A stretch of 64,000 bases of DNA. Origin: Mobula hypostoma. Lineage: Eukaryota. The DNA lies in assembly GCF_963921235.1 (NCBI RefSeq), contig NW_026948140.1:1-64000 (forward strand), written 5' to 3'. The notes under the pieces were generated by a model. That model did no database searches. It was not told the origin of the DNA and saw nothing but the letters and a program-made list of their open reading frames with translations. Both the position numbers and the translations under genes were made by a program. Positions 40,151-52,210 of the stretch are shown here, in pieces. Within the stretch, counting starts at the first letter, position 1. Every line of letters begins with the position of its first letter.

Positions 40151-42232
40151 TCTACAGATTCTCTCTCTTGAGGTCCAGTACTGGCCTTGTTTTCCCAATC
40201 CACTTTCATGTTAAAATCCCCGACAATTATCATAACCTTGCCCTTCTGACACATCTTTTCTATCTCCTGCTGTCATTTGTAATCCACATCCTGGCTGCTG
40301 TTTGGAGGCCTGTATACAACTGCCATTAGGGTCCTTTTACCCTTGCCATTTCTTAACTCAACCCATAGAGACACTACACCTTCCGATCCTATGTTGTCCC
40401 TTTCTAATGATTTAATATTATTTCTTATACACAGGGCCACACCACCCCCTCTGCCTACTAACCTATCTTTCCGATACACCGTATATCCTTGGACGTTCAG
40501 CTCCCAATGGCAGCCATCCTTTAGCCAAGTTTCAGAGGTGACCACAATGTCATACTGGCCAATCTGTAGCTGAGTTTCAAGATCATCCACTTCATTTCTT
40601 ATTCTGTGTTCATTCAAATATAACACTTTCAGTCCAGTATTTGTTGCTTTCTATTTTAACCACATCACACCTCTATTGCCCTGTAACTGAGCCCACTGGC
40701 TGTGATTATGCCTCATCTCCTGCTTGCCCTCTCTATCACCTCTGTTGCACACTATCTTTGATTCATTTCTGTTATCCCCTTCCTCAGCCCTATCACTCAA
40801 TTTCCAATCCCCCTGCCAAATTAGTTCAAACCCTCCTGAACAGGTCTATTAAACCTGTCTGCTTGGATATTGGACCCCTTTGGGTTCAGGTGTATCCAGC
40901 CCTTTTTGTACAGGTCGTACCTCCCTCAGAAGAGGCCCCAATGATCCAGAAATCTGAAGCTCTGCCCCCTACACCAGCCTCTCAGCCACGCATTAATATA
41001 CCTGATCATGTTATTCTTGCACTCATTAGCATGTGGCACAGGCAACAATCCTGAGATTACTAGCCTGGAGGTTCTGCTCTTCACCTTCCTACCTAACTAC
41101 CCGAATTCTCTCTTCAGGACCTCCTCCCTTTTTCTACCTATGTCATTGGTACCAACATGTACCAAGGCTTCTGGCTGTTCACCCTCTTTCTTCAGAATAC
41201 TGTGCACCCAATCCAAGACATCCCAAACCCTGGCACCTAGGAGGCAACACACCATGCGAGTATCTCTATCAGGCTGACAGAACCTCCTGTCTGTTCCCCT
41301 CACTATGGAATTCCCTAAGACTACCGCATTTCTCATCTTCCCCTTTCCCGTCTGCACCACGGAACCAGGCTCAGTGCCAGAGACCAGATCACCGTAGTCA
41401 TCCTCTGTCAGGTCACAACCCTTAATAGCATCCAAAATGAGGTAACAAATACTGAGGGGCTTCTCTCTACTATCTGAGATCTTCCCATCCCTTCCCTGAC
41501 AGTCACCCACTTAACTAACTTCTGCAGCCTCGGGGCGACCAACACCCTGTAGCTCCTCTCTATCTCCTGCTCATTTTCCCTAATAAGCTGTAGGTCATCG
41601 AGCCGCAGTTCCAGATCCCCAATACTGTCTCTCAGGAGCCACAATTCGATACACCTGGTGCAAATGTGGCCATCTGGGAGACTGGAAGATTCCCAGGATT
41701 CCCACATCTGACACCTAGAGCAAAGTACAGAAATGCTTTCTATTCCTCAAAAAAATGCAGGGAAAAACTAAATCCACACACCCACTTACATCAGTGAAGC
41801 CTCCTTTCACTGAAGCCCGAATGAGCCAAAGCCTTACCACTCTGACTCAGCCCACTCCTTTGCTAACAGCTCTGCCAGGCAGTATCTCCTTTTAATGCCA
41901 GTGGTGCTGATAGTGGAGCTACTGGTCAGTAATCTTTAAGACAGGACACTTTACTTTACTTCTGGATTGAAATAATGATTCAAGGTTTCCTTGAAGCAGA
42001 TGAGGACAGCAGATGCTGAAGTGAGAGGTTGAATGTGTTAGCTATTTCAGGAGCTGTTCGATTTAAAGCTGAATTTCAGAACCTGTCCAGGGACTACAAC
42101 TAGAATATAAAGTAGAAGTTACTGTACAACTGCATAAAGCATTTGGCCACAGTGAAATATATATGTGATTCTTGTCAGCACGCTACAGGAAGGATGTGAT
42201 TGCAGTAGAGTGGGTACGGAAGAGATTCACTG

Positions 42233-44570
42233 ATAGCGTGTTTCCCAGTCTCTTTTTGCATACCACCCACCTGAAGCACTTTCATACTTCCCAACACCCC
42301 CATAAAGCACCATCATACTTGCCAACGGCCCTCTTGGACACAGTATATAGTGCTCCAGTCAATGTGAAAACATGTCTATTATATCCAACATGAGGGAAAT
42401 AATTCCACTTAATTTTTATTTGACTTTAAATCTAGCTTACACAGTGCCTGTATGCTGTACAACAGTTTTAATATCAATGTGATCCTTGAGATTGATGGTT
42501 TTAGCAAGAGTTGAAATATCGGGTTCAGTGACAGCAAAAGCCTTAAGTCCCCACACATAACAATATCTAAGTGGTTTCTGTTTTTTGTGAGTATGTGGTT
42601 CACTGCACTGAAGCCTCTTTCAACAAGGTAGGTGGATGGAAATGCAATGAAGAGCAGTTGTCTCTTCTCCAAAGACCAGGAAACTTCGTGACAGTGTAGC
42701 CACAAAGCACAAAAGCCAACATTTTTGAAAAGCACTTGTGCGTCTTCACCATTTTGATTTTCGATAGTTCCTTCTTGCAAGCTCTCTTCTTGTTCTTCTA
42801 CCTTGCAAAAAATGGGTTAATTACCCAGTCCTGAATTTGTAGATATTTCAAATCCTTGAATTGATTCTGAAAATTCTTCTTCAGTGACTGCGGGATAAGC
42901 AGTACTCTTGTAAATCACCATCTGTGAAAGAGTGTGCCATACTTCCATCTACAGAAACTGTGAGAACATTATTCTCCCAATAATTTCAAATTTTCCAATA
43001 AAATATACTTTTTGTCCGGATAAAATTGAAATTCTCATCTTGCAGTTTCATATCTAGAATGTTCATTTTGTCATACAGATGAGCTAGGTATGTCACATCT
43101 CCATGTAGATGTTTAATCTTGTTTCCCAAGCTCTTGCTCACTTTTGAGCAAAAATGCAACCACTGTACTAAAAAGATCAAAGAAATGTTTTAAGCAGCAG
43201 CCTTTTGACAGCCAACGCACATGCACATCAATGTGAAGAAGGAAGCACTCAAACTCTGTATCATTATCTTAACTGGCGAAATATTCTGCTATTTAATGGA
43301 TGAGGTTTAATTTTGATAATAGCAGATATTACAAGTCATGCTTGAAAAAAAATTGCTGGCTGAGTTTTTTGACTGTGAGCTGTTGATGATGAACGACACA
43401 ACGGATTGCAAATATACTTCAAATTACTTTTTTCATAAACACCACAAAACCATCATGGCGACCTGCCATATATGGTGTTCCATGTGTTGAACAAAAAATC
43501 ATGTTCCTAATGGGAATACTTTTATCCTCAATATACATTTTGAGCTAGTAGATTGATTCTCCTTTGATAATTGTTTTTAACTTTTTACAAAAGAGAATCT
43601 CTTCATAAACTTTTCCATTTTTATGCTATTAGCAATGCCTCTTGTCTTATATAGATGACTCATCCAGTTGTATCTCAAATTCTGTTTTTCATAGCTGTCT
43701 GCATAGTTGATACTCAATGTGTTCACTCATTTCATCAATACGACGAGTTACAGAGTTAAAGGAATTGATTTCAAAACACTGGTATCCATTTTGAGAACAA
43801 TGGCGAGCACTTCTGATACAGCAGTCATTATTAATCTTTCACCAATTGTATGAGATTTTCCACACTTTGCTATCATTTTAGAAATGTTATAAGAAGCAAT
43901 GAGATCACTGTCAAGGTAATTTCTTTTAGCTTTCTTGGCAAATGATGAATGTGTAATGCTTTTCAAATGCTTCTTTTATCTCCTGGAACTGATTAATACC
44001 ATAAGTAGCCTTTTCAGGGTGTCTTTTACGGAAGTGTTCCTGTAATCTTGATGGTTTCATGGCTCCATTAGATACTACAGTATTACAAATAAGACACACG
44101 GGGCATCGCTGGTCTTACAGGAACAGAATAAAACTATACTCCAGATATGTGACTGTTCTGATGCACTTTCTGTATTTGGTTTCTTAGCTGAATTATAATT
44201 CAAGGCTTCACCGTCTTCAGTATCTTAGAGATCCCGCTATACTTATTAATCTGTCATTAACAGGGCTAAATTGAAATAAAAAGTTAACATGAACTGGGAA
44301 TGCCTATCCATTGTTGATGACGACTGCAAGTTGTCATGGATGGAATGATGGTAGCAGCATGCAAAGGAACTGCAAGGCGAAGATGAGGATGATCACAACA
44401 GCAAAAATTACATTGACGAGGATTCAATGGGAATCTGAACACTAGTCAGGATAGAGCTACCTTTATAGTCATTTACACTATTCCAGTTAGTGTGATTGAC
44501 CAGTCACTATGTCTTATTATCCCCAAATATGGTACTTGACTGCACACGTGAAGCCGAGGTCGCTTTCAAC
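42233..44570 (-). mobile_element. hAT (Charlie/Buster-type) transposon relic
   Basis: Minus-strand fragments CLIC..MKPSRL..H (BED-like), KSHTIGERLI, RWLSKG and FPSTYLVERGFSAV (dimerisation domain). Many stops; ends approximate. Confidence 0.85.
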
Positions 44571-44583
44571 ACCTCGAGGAATC

Positions 44584-44775
44584 TCCCCCTCCCCCTCCCA
44601 CTTTCAAATCTCTTACTAGCTCTTCTTTCAGTTAGTCCTGACAAAGGGTCTTGGCCAGAAACGTCCACTGTATCTCTTCCTAGAGATGCTGCCTGGCCTG
44701 CTGCATTCACCAGCAACTTTTTTGTGTGTGCTTGAAATTCCAGCATCTGCAGATTTCCTCGTGTTTGTGTTTTTA
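44584..44775 (+). mobile_element. Penelope terminal fragment with 13-bp TSD
   Basis: ACCTCGAGGAATC at 44571-44583 and 44776-44788; degenerate hammerhead CTGACAAAGGG..GAAACGTC. Confidence 0.8.
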
Positions 44776-44966
44776 ACCTCGAGGAATCCTCGGGGTCAGC
44801 AGGTTCACTGATTGGCTCTATTTCAACGTTTGGTTCTGGCCAGACCTGTATCGTTGCACAACCTGTTTTCCGTAGATCTGTAGAAAAAGTTGAGAGGGTT
44901 TACGTGACTTACGAACTGTTAAATTGTGTGAGCTGGTTCCGTGCTGTGAGTCAAGGGGTACTGTTG

Positions 44967-45697
44967 AGGCTGATTTATACTTGTGCATCAAAGGTATGCT
45001 GTAAGTACGGCGTAGCTGCGTACCCTACGTTGTAACCTAATGCGCACCTCTCCCAAAATGTAACTACGCATCTCATCGACGCAGACCGAAACAACTGTGA
45101 TTGGTCCACTTGGTAGCATCGTATTTCCTCCTACGCTGAAATAGCTTCCCATTGGGCGACTGAAGGGCAGGGAAGGAACTCTGGCTGCAATGCTTTCCAT
45201 AAAGCTTTACAGACCTCCGAAATTATGGAGGACTCTGTGCTTGATGCCAGTTTGTAGCTAGCTGCTACAGCCTGTTGACTTCTACCCAAAGTTAAAACTC
45301 GAATGGTGATTGCCAGTCTCTGAGTATACTGTGCGTACATTGATGCGAAATAAATGGTTGGAGACGATGAACCAAATCGACAAATCTACATGCCGACATC
45401 CGAAAATTTTTGAAATGCGTTTCCTCGTCCATGTCTCTCAATGGCCGGACAAGCACAGAGAATTCACCCTCCTTCAGCTTCAGTCGCTATTGTTTGAAGT
45501 TTGAGTTTCTTCGCGTTGAGTTTCAACATGAAGAAACTCAGCACAGTGGCGTAGACACCGCACTGCCAACTAGCATTTCGGCGGTGAATTGCAGAGTGAC
45601 GCAAACTCACCAACACACAAGTATAAATGCTCACAACGGCGGAGCCCACTTTCGTAGGCTACGGAGTAAGCTAGTACATACAAGTATAAATCAGCCT
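44967..45697 (-). mobile_element. PIF/Harbinger internally deleted element (731 bp)
   Basis: TIR AGGCTGATTTATACTTGT / ACAAGTATAAATCAGCCT; flanks TTG / TTA; transposase remnant [26 protein letters not shown]. Confidence 0.85.
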
Positions 45698-45829
45698 TTA
45701 GGCACCCTGGTTGCTAATTCATGTATCCCTAATAATGTCTCCTTGGTTGGTAAGGTCGGATGAGATTGCCAAATTTCAGATAGTTATGAGGACAATTGCG
45801 CACGGCCTGCAGAGCTTGGTGTGCTCCAT

Positions 45830-46050
45830 TAAATCTGTGGAATTTGTTGCCATGAGCAGCTGTGGAGTCCAACTCATTGGGTGCATTTAAGGCAGAGATA
45901 GATAGGTTCTTGATTAACCAGAGCATCAAAGGGAACGGGGAGAGAGCAGGGGAGTGGGGATGACTGGAAGAATTGAATCAGCCCATGACTGAATGGTGAA
46001 GCAGAGATGAAGGGCTGAATGGCCCACTTCTGCTCCTATATCTTATGGTC
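45830..46050 (+). mobile_element. CR1 3' end
   Basis: NLWNLLP..FKAEIDRFL followed by a CTTATGGT tail. Confidence 0.82.
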
Positions 46051-46634
46051 GTATTAACAGTCGGGCAGGTCTCGTGCCTCAAGTTAAGATGCCACTTAGC
46101 ATAAGCCCCCTGAGAACGTTGAACCGCCCTCCCAACCCCGGGACACATAACTGACCCCATTGTCAATCACTGCACTCGGATGTTGGCTGGGATCAAATGT
46201 TTCAATTGTGAAGACAGACTAGATTGGCTTGGTTTGTTTTCCTCAGAGTGGAGGAGGCTGAGGGAGGTGCCTGATCTGAAGGACATAGATAGTAAGGATA
46301 GTGAGAACATTTCCCTCAAAATAGAGATGTTTAATATGTAGGGATGGGGGGCATAGGTTAGTCCGGATTAAGGGGATATTTTAAAAATTTGAAACAAATT
46401 GCCTGATACGCTGAAGGAGGGAGGTACTTTCTCAATATTAAAAAAGCTGCATCAGTGCATAAATCACTAAAGCAGAGGTCGTGGACTAAGTTCTGCCAAA
46501 TGGGGTCAGTGCAGATGGGTAGATAATGGCCAACAAACAACTTGTTTCTGTATCCCAGGCTTTGATACAGAAAGATGATTTTATGTTTCTCTCCACACAA
46601 CCAGTATTATGCAATTGTAATACATATCATTGCT

Positions 46635-46730
46635 TGTCTTGAGGAAGGGTCTCAGCCCAAAATGTCGATTATTTATTCCTCTCCATAGATGCTGCCTGAC
46701 CTGCTGACTTTCTCTTGCATTTTCTTTGTT
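46635..46730 (+). mobile_element. Degenerate Penelope terminal fragment
   Basis: GTCTTGAGGAAGGGTCTCAGCCCAAAATGTCGA...GATGCTGCCTGACCTGCTGA, homologous to 40025-40100. Confidence 0.6.
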
Positions 46731-47196
46731 ATGATGTTAAACCTTACTTGTAATTATCACCTGTTACCCAATGCAAGAACACACAGTACTACGGAAGATA
46801 AAGCAACTGTTTACTTGTAGCTCGCTACTGGAGAGAGAGCACACTTCTCGGGCACACATGGGATCCGTACCAGTTGTGGGGGGGGGGGGTGTCTCTCTCT
46901 CTCTCTCTCCACACACAGATACAAAATCCTTTTTTATATCCTTTCTGTCACGTAACAGGAAACAAATTTCCTCACTACCCCCACAGTCACGTGCCAACAG
47001 TAGTATTTTAAGACATGGAACCCTTGGTTGCTTTACTAGACTAAAGGTCATCAACCTCAGGAAATGTGCAGGATGAGATGGCCCCTCGCTTTTTCAACCG
47101 TAGTTTCACATTCATTTGGACTGTTTTACCACATCCCGTTCTGCAGGTGAGATAAGGCTTGTGAGTTCGTATCGAACCTTTGTCCATTCTAAGTTG

Positions 47197-47837
47197 GGAG
47201 GAAAAGATGGTGGCGCGACACAGCACGTGCGGCCGTTCCGAATGACATCGTATGTGTTAAATAGGGGCCGTGCGCAATCCTGATTTGATGGTGACAGCCG
47301 TGAGAAGCACAGAGGAACATCTGGAGAAACTCCTGAAATGCCCGCTTCGCTGCCGCTGCTCCTGTGCGATCGAGAATCTCCGGAGGTGAAGGCTCCAAAT
47401 CCTCGGCTTTGCCTATTGCCTGTTGCTGGGGTGGGGTCGAAGCGCTCAGCAGAGATGGTGCTCGGTGCTCGGTGTCGGAGGCTCGGAGTTTTCGGACGGA
47501 TTCGGAGTCGGACTGTGGTCAGATGCTTCCAGGATGCTGCATCGGCAAGCTTGTGGTGCTGGAAGTTCACCGTCTGCCTGAGATGATGGGACTCTCGAGA
47601 GACTTTGAGACTTTTTACCGTGCCATGGTCTGATCTTTATCAAATTACGGTATTGCTTTGCACTGTTGTAACTATATGTTACAATTATGTGGTTTTTGTC
47701 AGTTTTTCCAGTCGGTTTGTCATGTGTTTCTGTGATATCATTCTGGAGAAACAATGTCTCATTTCTTAATGCATGCCTTACTAAATGACAATAAAAGAGG
47801 ACTGTGTGTCCTCATAATCTAATCTAATCTAATCTAA
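47197..47837 (+). mobile_element. Non-autonomous non-LTR element with CpG-rich 5' part and (AATCT)n tail; family uncertain
   Basis: AAGATGGTGGCG start, CpG-rich body, AATAAA near 47790, TAATCTAATCTAATCT tail. Confidence 0.5.
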
Positions 47838-48249
47838 TTTATAGACCTAATTTACACAACAAAAAAAAATGCTTAGCTTAATCCTTGCAGTTTCGATCCA
47901 CAAAGCATAACATCTGCAAGGTTATCAGTCAGAACAGAACAAACAAAGATCTGTAGCAATTTTAACCTGTTATTCACAAGAGTCCAAAAATCATTTCCCG
48001 ACCCCTTTAACCCTTTAATATCTCAATCATGGACTTGAATTTAATGGTCTAATATCCTCAGTGACACCAATAAGTATTTTCACTCATATCTAGTTTTCAA
48101 TTCATGAGAACAAACTGATATTGTAACACACTCTTTGAGTTACCTCATTGAATTCTGAAAATCCATACAAATGGTGACACAAAAGCAAAAAGTAAATTCA
48201 AAAACCCAACCAGTAACCTCCAAGACTCCATAAATGTGTTTTCAATTAC

Positions 48250-48255
48250 TTTATT
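48250..48255 (-). promoter_or_regulatory. Candidate polyadenylation signal (AATAAA) of the IFITM gene
   Basis: TTTATT on +, about 210 nt downstream of the IFITM stop codon. Confidence 0.55.
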
Positions 48256-48466
48256 AATAACATCTAAGCCATATCTTGTCCCCAGTTTAAGGAAGAGATC
48301 TATATTGTTGCCAGTTGATTAAGTATATCAGGCCTCCATAGAGATTACAGACAAAGTAAGCAATAGTAAACAATGCATCAAGAAATTAAACAGCTCCATC
48401 ACAAGGATGCTCCTTCCATGGCCAATAAACTGCTGAGACCATCATGTCTCCTCCTGTGTATCTCCA

Positions 48467-48637
48467 TCAAAAATTCTTGGGGACATTCATCATGGCAACT
48501 GTTCCAGTAGCTACCAGTACAACGATGATTATGAAGAAAAGAACACCAATCACAGTGGCTGCAATATTGAGGGACCGTGCTGTAGATCCATAGTGCTGAG
48601 CTCCTTCGATGTCACCCACAACTTTGCGATCTCTAGA
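48467..48637 (-). CDS. IFITM: Interferon-induced transmembrane protein (IFITM/CD225/dispanin) family, terminal coding exon 2
   Basis: Acceptor TTTTTTCTATTAG (AG at 48638-48639), phase 0, then SRDRKVVGDIEGAQHYGSTARSLNIAATVIGVLFFIIIVVLVATGTVAMMNVPKNF*. Matches the IFITM exon-2 start SRDRK..GD..GA..Y.S.A..LNI plus a C-terminal TM helix. Exact paralogue not assignable. Confidence 0.93.
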   Translation of the reverse strand, partial: SRDRKVVGDIEGAQHYGSTARSLNIAATVIGVLFFIIIVVLVATGTVAMMNVPKNF

Positions 48638-49026
48638 CTAATAGAAAAAATATATAAATAAATATGCAAGCAGACCAAGACTACCACGTTAGTGATATCT
48701 AATTGGTGAGACAAGTTGGTAGTCTTTAGTGCAACTACCTCTTTTTATTTAAAATAACAGATTTGGAATCAGGTTTATTATCACTGGCATTTGTCATGAA
48801 ATTTGTTCATAAAATGCCACCAGCATAACTGTATTAATAAAATAGAGCACAGTCTTAAACCGGGGTATTACAATAAAATACACTATAAATTATAATAATA
48901 GATATATTTTAAAAATTAAGCAGAGCAAAAGCAGCAAAAAAAAGTGAGCTTGTGTTGATGGGTTCATTGTCCATTCAGAAATCTGATGCCACCGAGGAAG
49001 GGGACGGAAGTACATTTTATTTATTG

Positions 49027-49392
49027 AGTCCCTCCGTTGGTTAGCACCGACAATGGCTAATGCATTCCAGCTGTCCACGTGATACATAAGCCAGGACAGC
49101 TCGATATGGAGAGCAGGCCATTGCCCATGTAGTGGGCTCCCCATCTCATAAATCCAAAGGAACGGCAGGGACCAATAGAGTTTGGCACCAGCGGCATTGC
49201 AATAGTTGTCAGTCAGCATTGAACTCAACTTAGTCCTGTCTTAGGGACTCTAGCTCTGGAATGTTCCTCTGGGTTTATTCCCGAAGCCTTTCTTAGAAGT
49301 GGGTACAGCACAAAGCAGCAGAGGTTTGATATCAAAGTTTTCCATCTCCAAACTCAGCTGATGAGCACCATCTGCCCAAGGTGACTGGTTTT
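49027..49392 (-). mobile_element. RTE-like non-autonomous repeat (related fragment at ~31790-31912)
   Basis: Shares GATATGGAGA..TTGCCCATGTAG..GCTCCCC with 31870-31910; RTE-UTR-like GGAGATGGAAAACT on the minus strand. Confidence 0.45.
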
Positions 49393-50127
49393 AAGACAGT
49401 AAGATATAGGAACAGAATTAGGCTATTTGGCCGATCAAGTCTGCTCCACTATTTCATCATGGCTGATCAAATATTCTTCTCAGTCCCAAACTCCTGCCTT
49501 CTCCTCATATTCCTTCATGCCCTGACAAGAATTTATCAACCCTGCCTTAAATACACAGAATGACTTGGCCTCCACAGCTGCCTGTGGCAACAAATTCCAG
49601 CCTCTAGCTACAGAAATTGCACCATTCTAAAAGGATGCCCCTTTGTTCTGAAGCGGTGTCCTCTGGTCTTAATCAAGGCCTTTCACAATTTGATAGGTTT
49701 CAATTAGGTCACCCCACACTCTTCTGAATTCTGGTGATACAGTCCCGGATCCATCAAACACTCTTCATATGACAAGCCACTCATTCCTGAAATCATTTTC
49801 GGGAACCTCCTTTGAATCATCTCTAGTTTCAGCATATCCTTTCTGAAATAAGGGCCCAAAACTGCTCATCATACTCTAAGTGAGGCCTCACCAGTGCTTT
49901 ATAAAGTCTCAAAATTGCATCCTTGCTTTTATATTCTAGTCTTCTTGAAATGAATGCTAACATTGCATTTGCCTACCTCACCACAGACTCAGCCTGTAAA
50001 TTAACCTTCTGGGAGTCTTGCACAACAACTCCCCACTTAGATAATACTATTGCCCTTTTACCAAAATGCATCATACAATGGTGTATTCCATCTACCACTT
50101 TTTGCCAATTCTTCCAATTTGTCCAAA
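49393..50127 (-). mobile_element. Decayed CR1 3' fragment
   Basis: TAAGACAG/TAAGATAT tail and degenerate ORF2 C-terminus. Confidence 0.8.
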
Positions 50128-50379
50128 TCATAGAAACTTAGAAAACATACAGCACAATTCAGGCCCTTCGGCCCACAAAGCTGTGCTGAATATGTCCCTA
50201 CCTTAGAACTAACTAGGCTTTACCCATAGCCCTCTATTTTTCTAAGCTCCATGTAGCTATCCAGGAGTCTTTTAGAAGACCCTATCATTTCTGCCTCCAC
50301 CACCGCCCCCGGCAGCCCATTCCACGCACTCACCACTCTCTCTGTAAAAAACTTACCCCTGACATCTCCTCTGTACCTA

Positions 50380-51979
50380 CAAACCCCATTTCCAGAAAAG
50401 TTGGGATATTTTCCAAAATGCAATAAAAAAATCTGTGATATGTTAATTCATGTGAACCTTTATTTAACTGACAAAAGTACAAAGAAAAGATTTTTAATAG
50501 CTTTACTGACCAACTTAATTGTATTTTGTAAGCATACACAAATTTAGAATTTGATGGCTGCAACACACTCAACAAAAGTTGGGACAGAGGCATGTTTACC
50601 ATTGTGTTATATCACCTTTCCTTTTAATAACACTTTTTAATCGTTTTGGAACTGAGGATACTAATTGTAGTAGATTTGCAATTGGAAATTTTCTCCATTC
50701 TTGCTTGATATAAGACTTCAGCTGCTCAACAGTCCGTGGTCTCCGTTGTCTGATTCTCCTCTTCATGATGCGCCAGACATTTTCAGTAGGAGATAGATCT
50801 GGACTGGCAGCAGGCCAGTCAAGCACACGCACTCTGTGTCTACAGAGCCACGCTGTTGTATCCCGTGCAGAATGTGGTCTGGCATTGTCCTGCTGAAATA
50901 AGCATGGACGTCCCAGGAAGAGACGTCGCCTTGATGGCAACATATGTCTCTCTAAAATCCTAATATACGCCTCAGAGTCAATAGTACCTTCACATCCATG
51001 CAACTCACCCATGCCGTGGGCACTGATGCACCCCCACACCATCACAGATGCTGGCTTTTGCACCTTTCACTAATAACCATCTGGATGGCCGTTTTCATCT
51101 TTGGCACCGAGAATTCAACGCCCGTTTTTTCTGAAAACTAGCTGAAATGTGGACTCATCTGACCACAGCGCACGGTTCCACAGTCTTTCAGTCCATCTGA
51201 GATGAGCACGGGCCCAGAGGACTCGCCGGCATTTCTGCATATAGTTGATGTATGACTTCCTCCTTGCGTAATACAATTTCAAGTTGCATTTCTGGATGCA
51301 GTGACGGATTGTGTTGAGTGACAATGGTTTTCCGAAGTACTCCCGAGCCCAGGTGGCTAGAATTGTCACAGTAGCAAGACGGTTTCTTAGGCAGTGCCGC
51401 CTGAGGGCTCGAAGATCACGCGCATTCAACAGCGGTTTCCGACCTTGCCCTTTACGCACTGAGATATCTCTGAATTCTCTGAATCTTTTCACAATATTAT
51501 GTACTGTAGATGTTGAAAGACCTACATTCTCTGCAATCTTGCGTTGAGAAATGTTCCTTTTGAACTGACTAACAATTCTCTCATGAATTTTGGCACAAAG
51601 GGGTGAGCCACAACCCATCCTTGCTTGCAAAGACTGAGCCTTTGATGGATGCTACTTTTATACCCAGTCATGATACCTCACCTGCTACCAATTAGCCTGC
51701 TTAATGTGGAGTCTTCCAAACCGGTGTTACTTGAATATTCTGTGCACTTTTCAATCTTATTTTAACTCTGTCCTAACTTTTGTTGAGTGTGTTGCAGCCA
51801 TCAAATTCTAAATTTGTGTATGTTTACAAAATACAATTAAGTTGGTCAGTAAAACTGTTGAAAATCTTTTCCTTGTACTTTTGTCAGTTAAATAAAGGTT
51901 CACGTGAATTAACATATCACAGACTTTTGTTTTTATTGCATTTTGGAAAATGGCCCAACTTTTCTGGAAATGGGGTTTG
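50380..51979 (-). mobile_element. Complete-length Tc1 (DD34E) DNA transposon, 1600 bp, ~200-bp TIRs, TA TSD
   Basis: TA|CAAACCCCATTTCCAGAAAAGTTGGG ... CCCAACTTTTCTGGAAATGGGGTTTG|TA; inner AACAAAAGTTGGGACAG direct-repeat-like motif. Confidence 0.97.
50596..51630 (-). pseudogene. Tc1 transposase, single frame with three premature stops
   Basis: HTH N-terminus, WSDESTF, FQQDNARPH, WPAASPDLSPTENVW (34 residues between D and E); in-frame TGA, TAG, TGA between 51067 and 51117. Confidence 0.93.
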
Positions 51980-52210
51980 TACTTCCACGCACCTTAAAAC
52001 TATGCCCTCTCATGCTAGCCAATTCAGCCCTGGGGAAAAGCCTCTGACTATCCACACGATCAATGCCTCTTATTATCTTGTACACCTCTATCAAGTCACC
52101 TCTCATCCTCCGTCGCTCCAAGGAGAAAAGGCCGAGTTCACTCAACCTATTCTCATAAGGCATGCTCCCCAATCTAGGCAACATCCTTGTAAATCTCCTC
52201 TGCACCCTTT

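Larger units (their letters stand above)
37029..41880 (-). mobile_element. Near full-length, decayed CR1 LINE with internal deletions, interrupted by Penelope
   Basis: CATAAGAC tail at 37029; RT and APE fragments; ORF1 HICTRCIEL..LELRLDDL, GNSIVRG and HVGTND; 5' UTR-like region 41720-41880. Confidence 0.92.
50128..52210 (-). mobile_element. CR1 3' end split by a Tc1 insertion (pieces 50128-50379 and 51982-52210)
   Basis: CATAGAAA tail; the host sequence CTGTACCTA|CTTCC rejoins across the Tc1. Confidence 0.88.

Noticed and set aside
42409..44150. Domesticated ZBED/SCAND-type host gene
   Set aside because: Multiple stops and frameshifts indicate a decayed hAT transposase.
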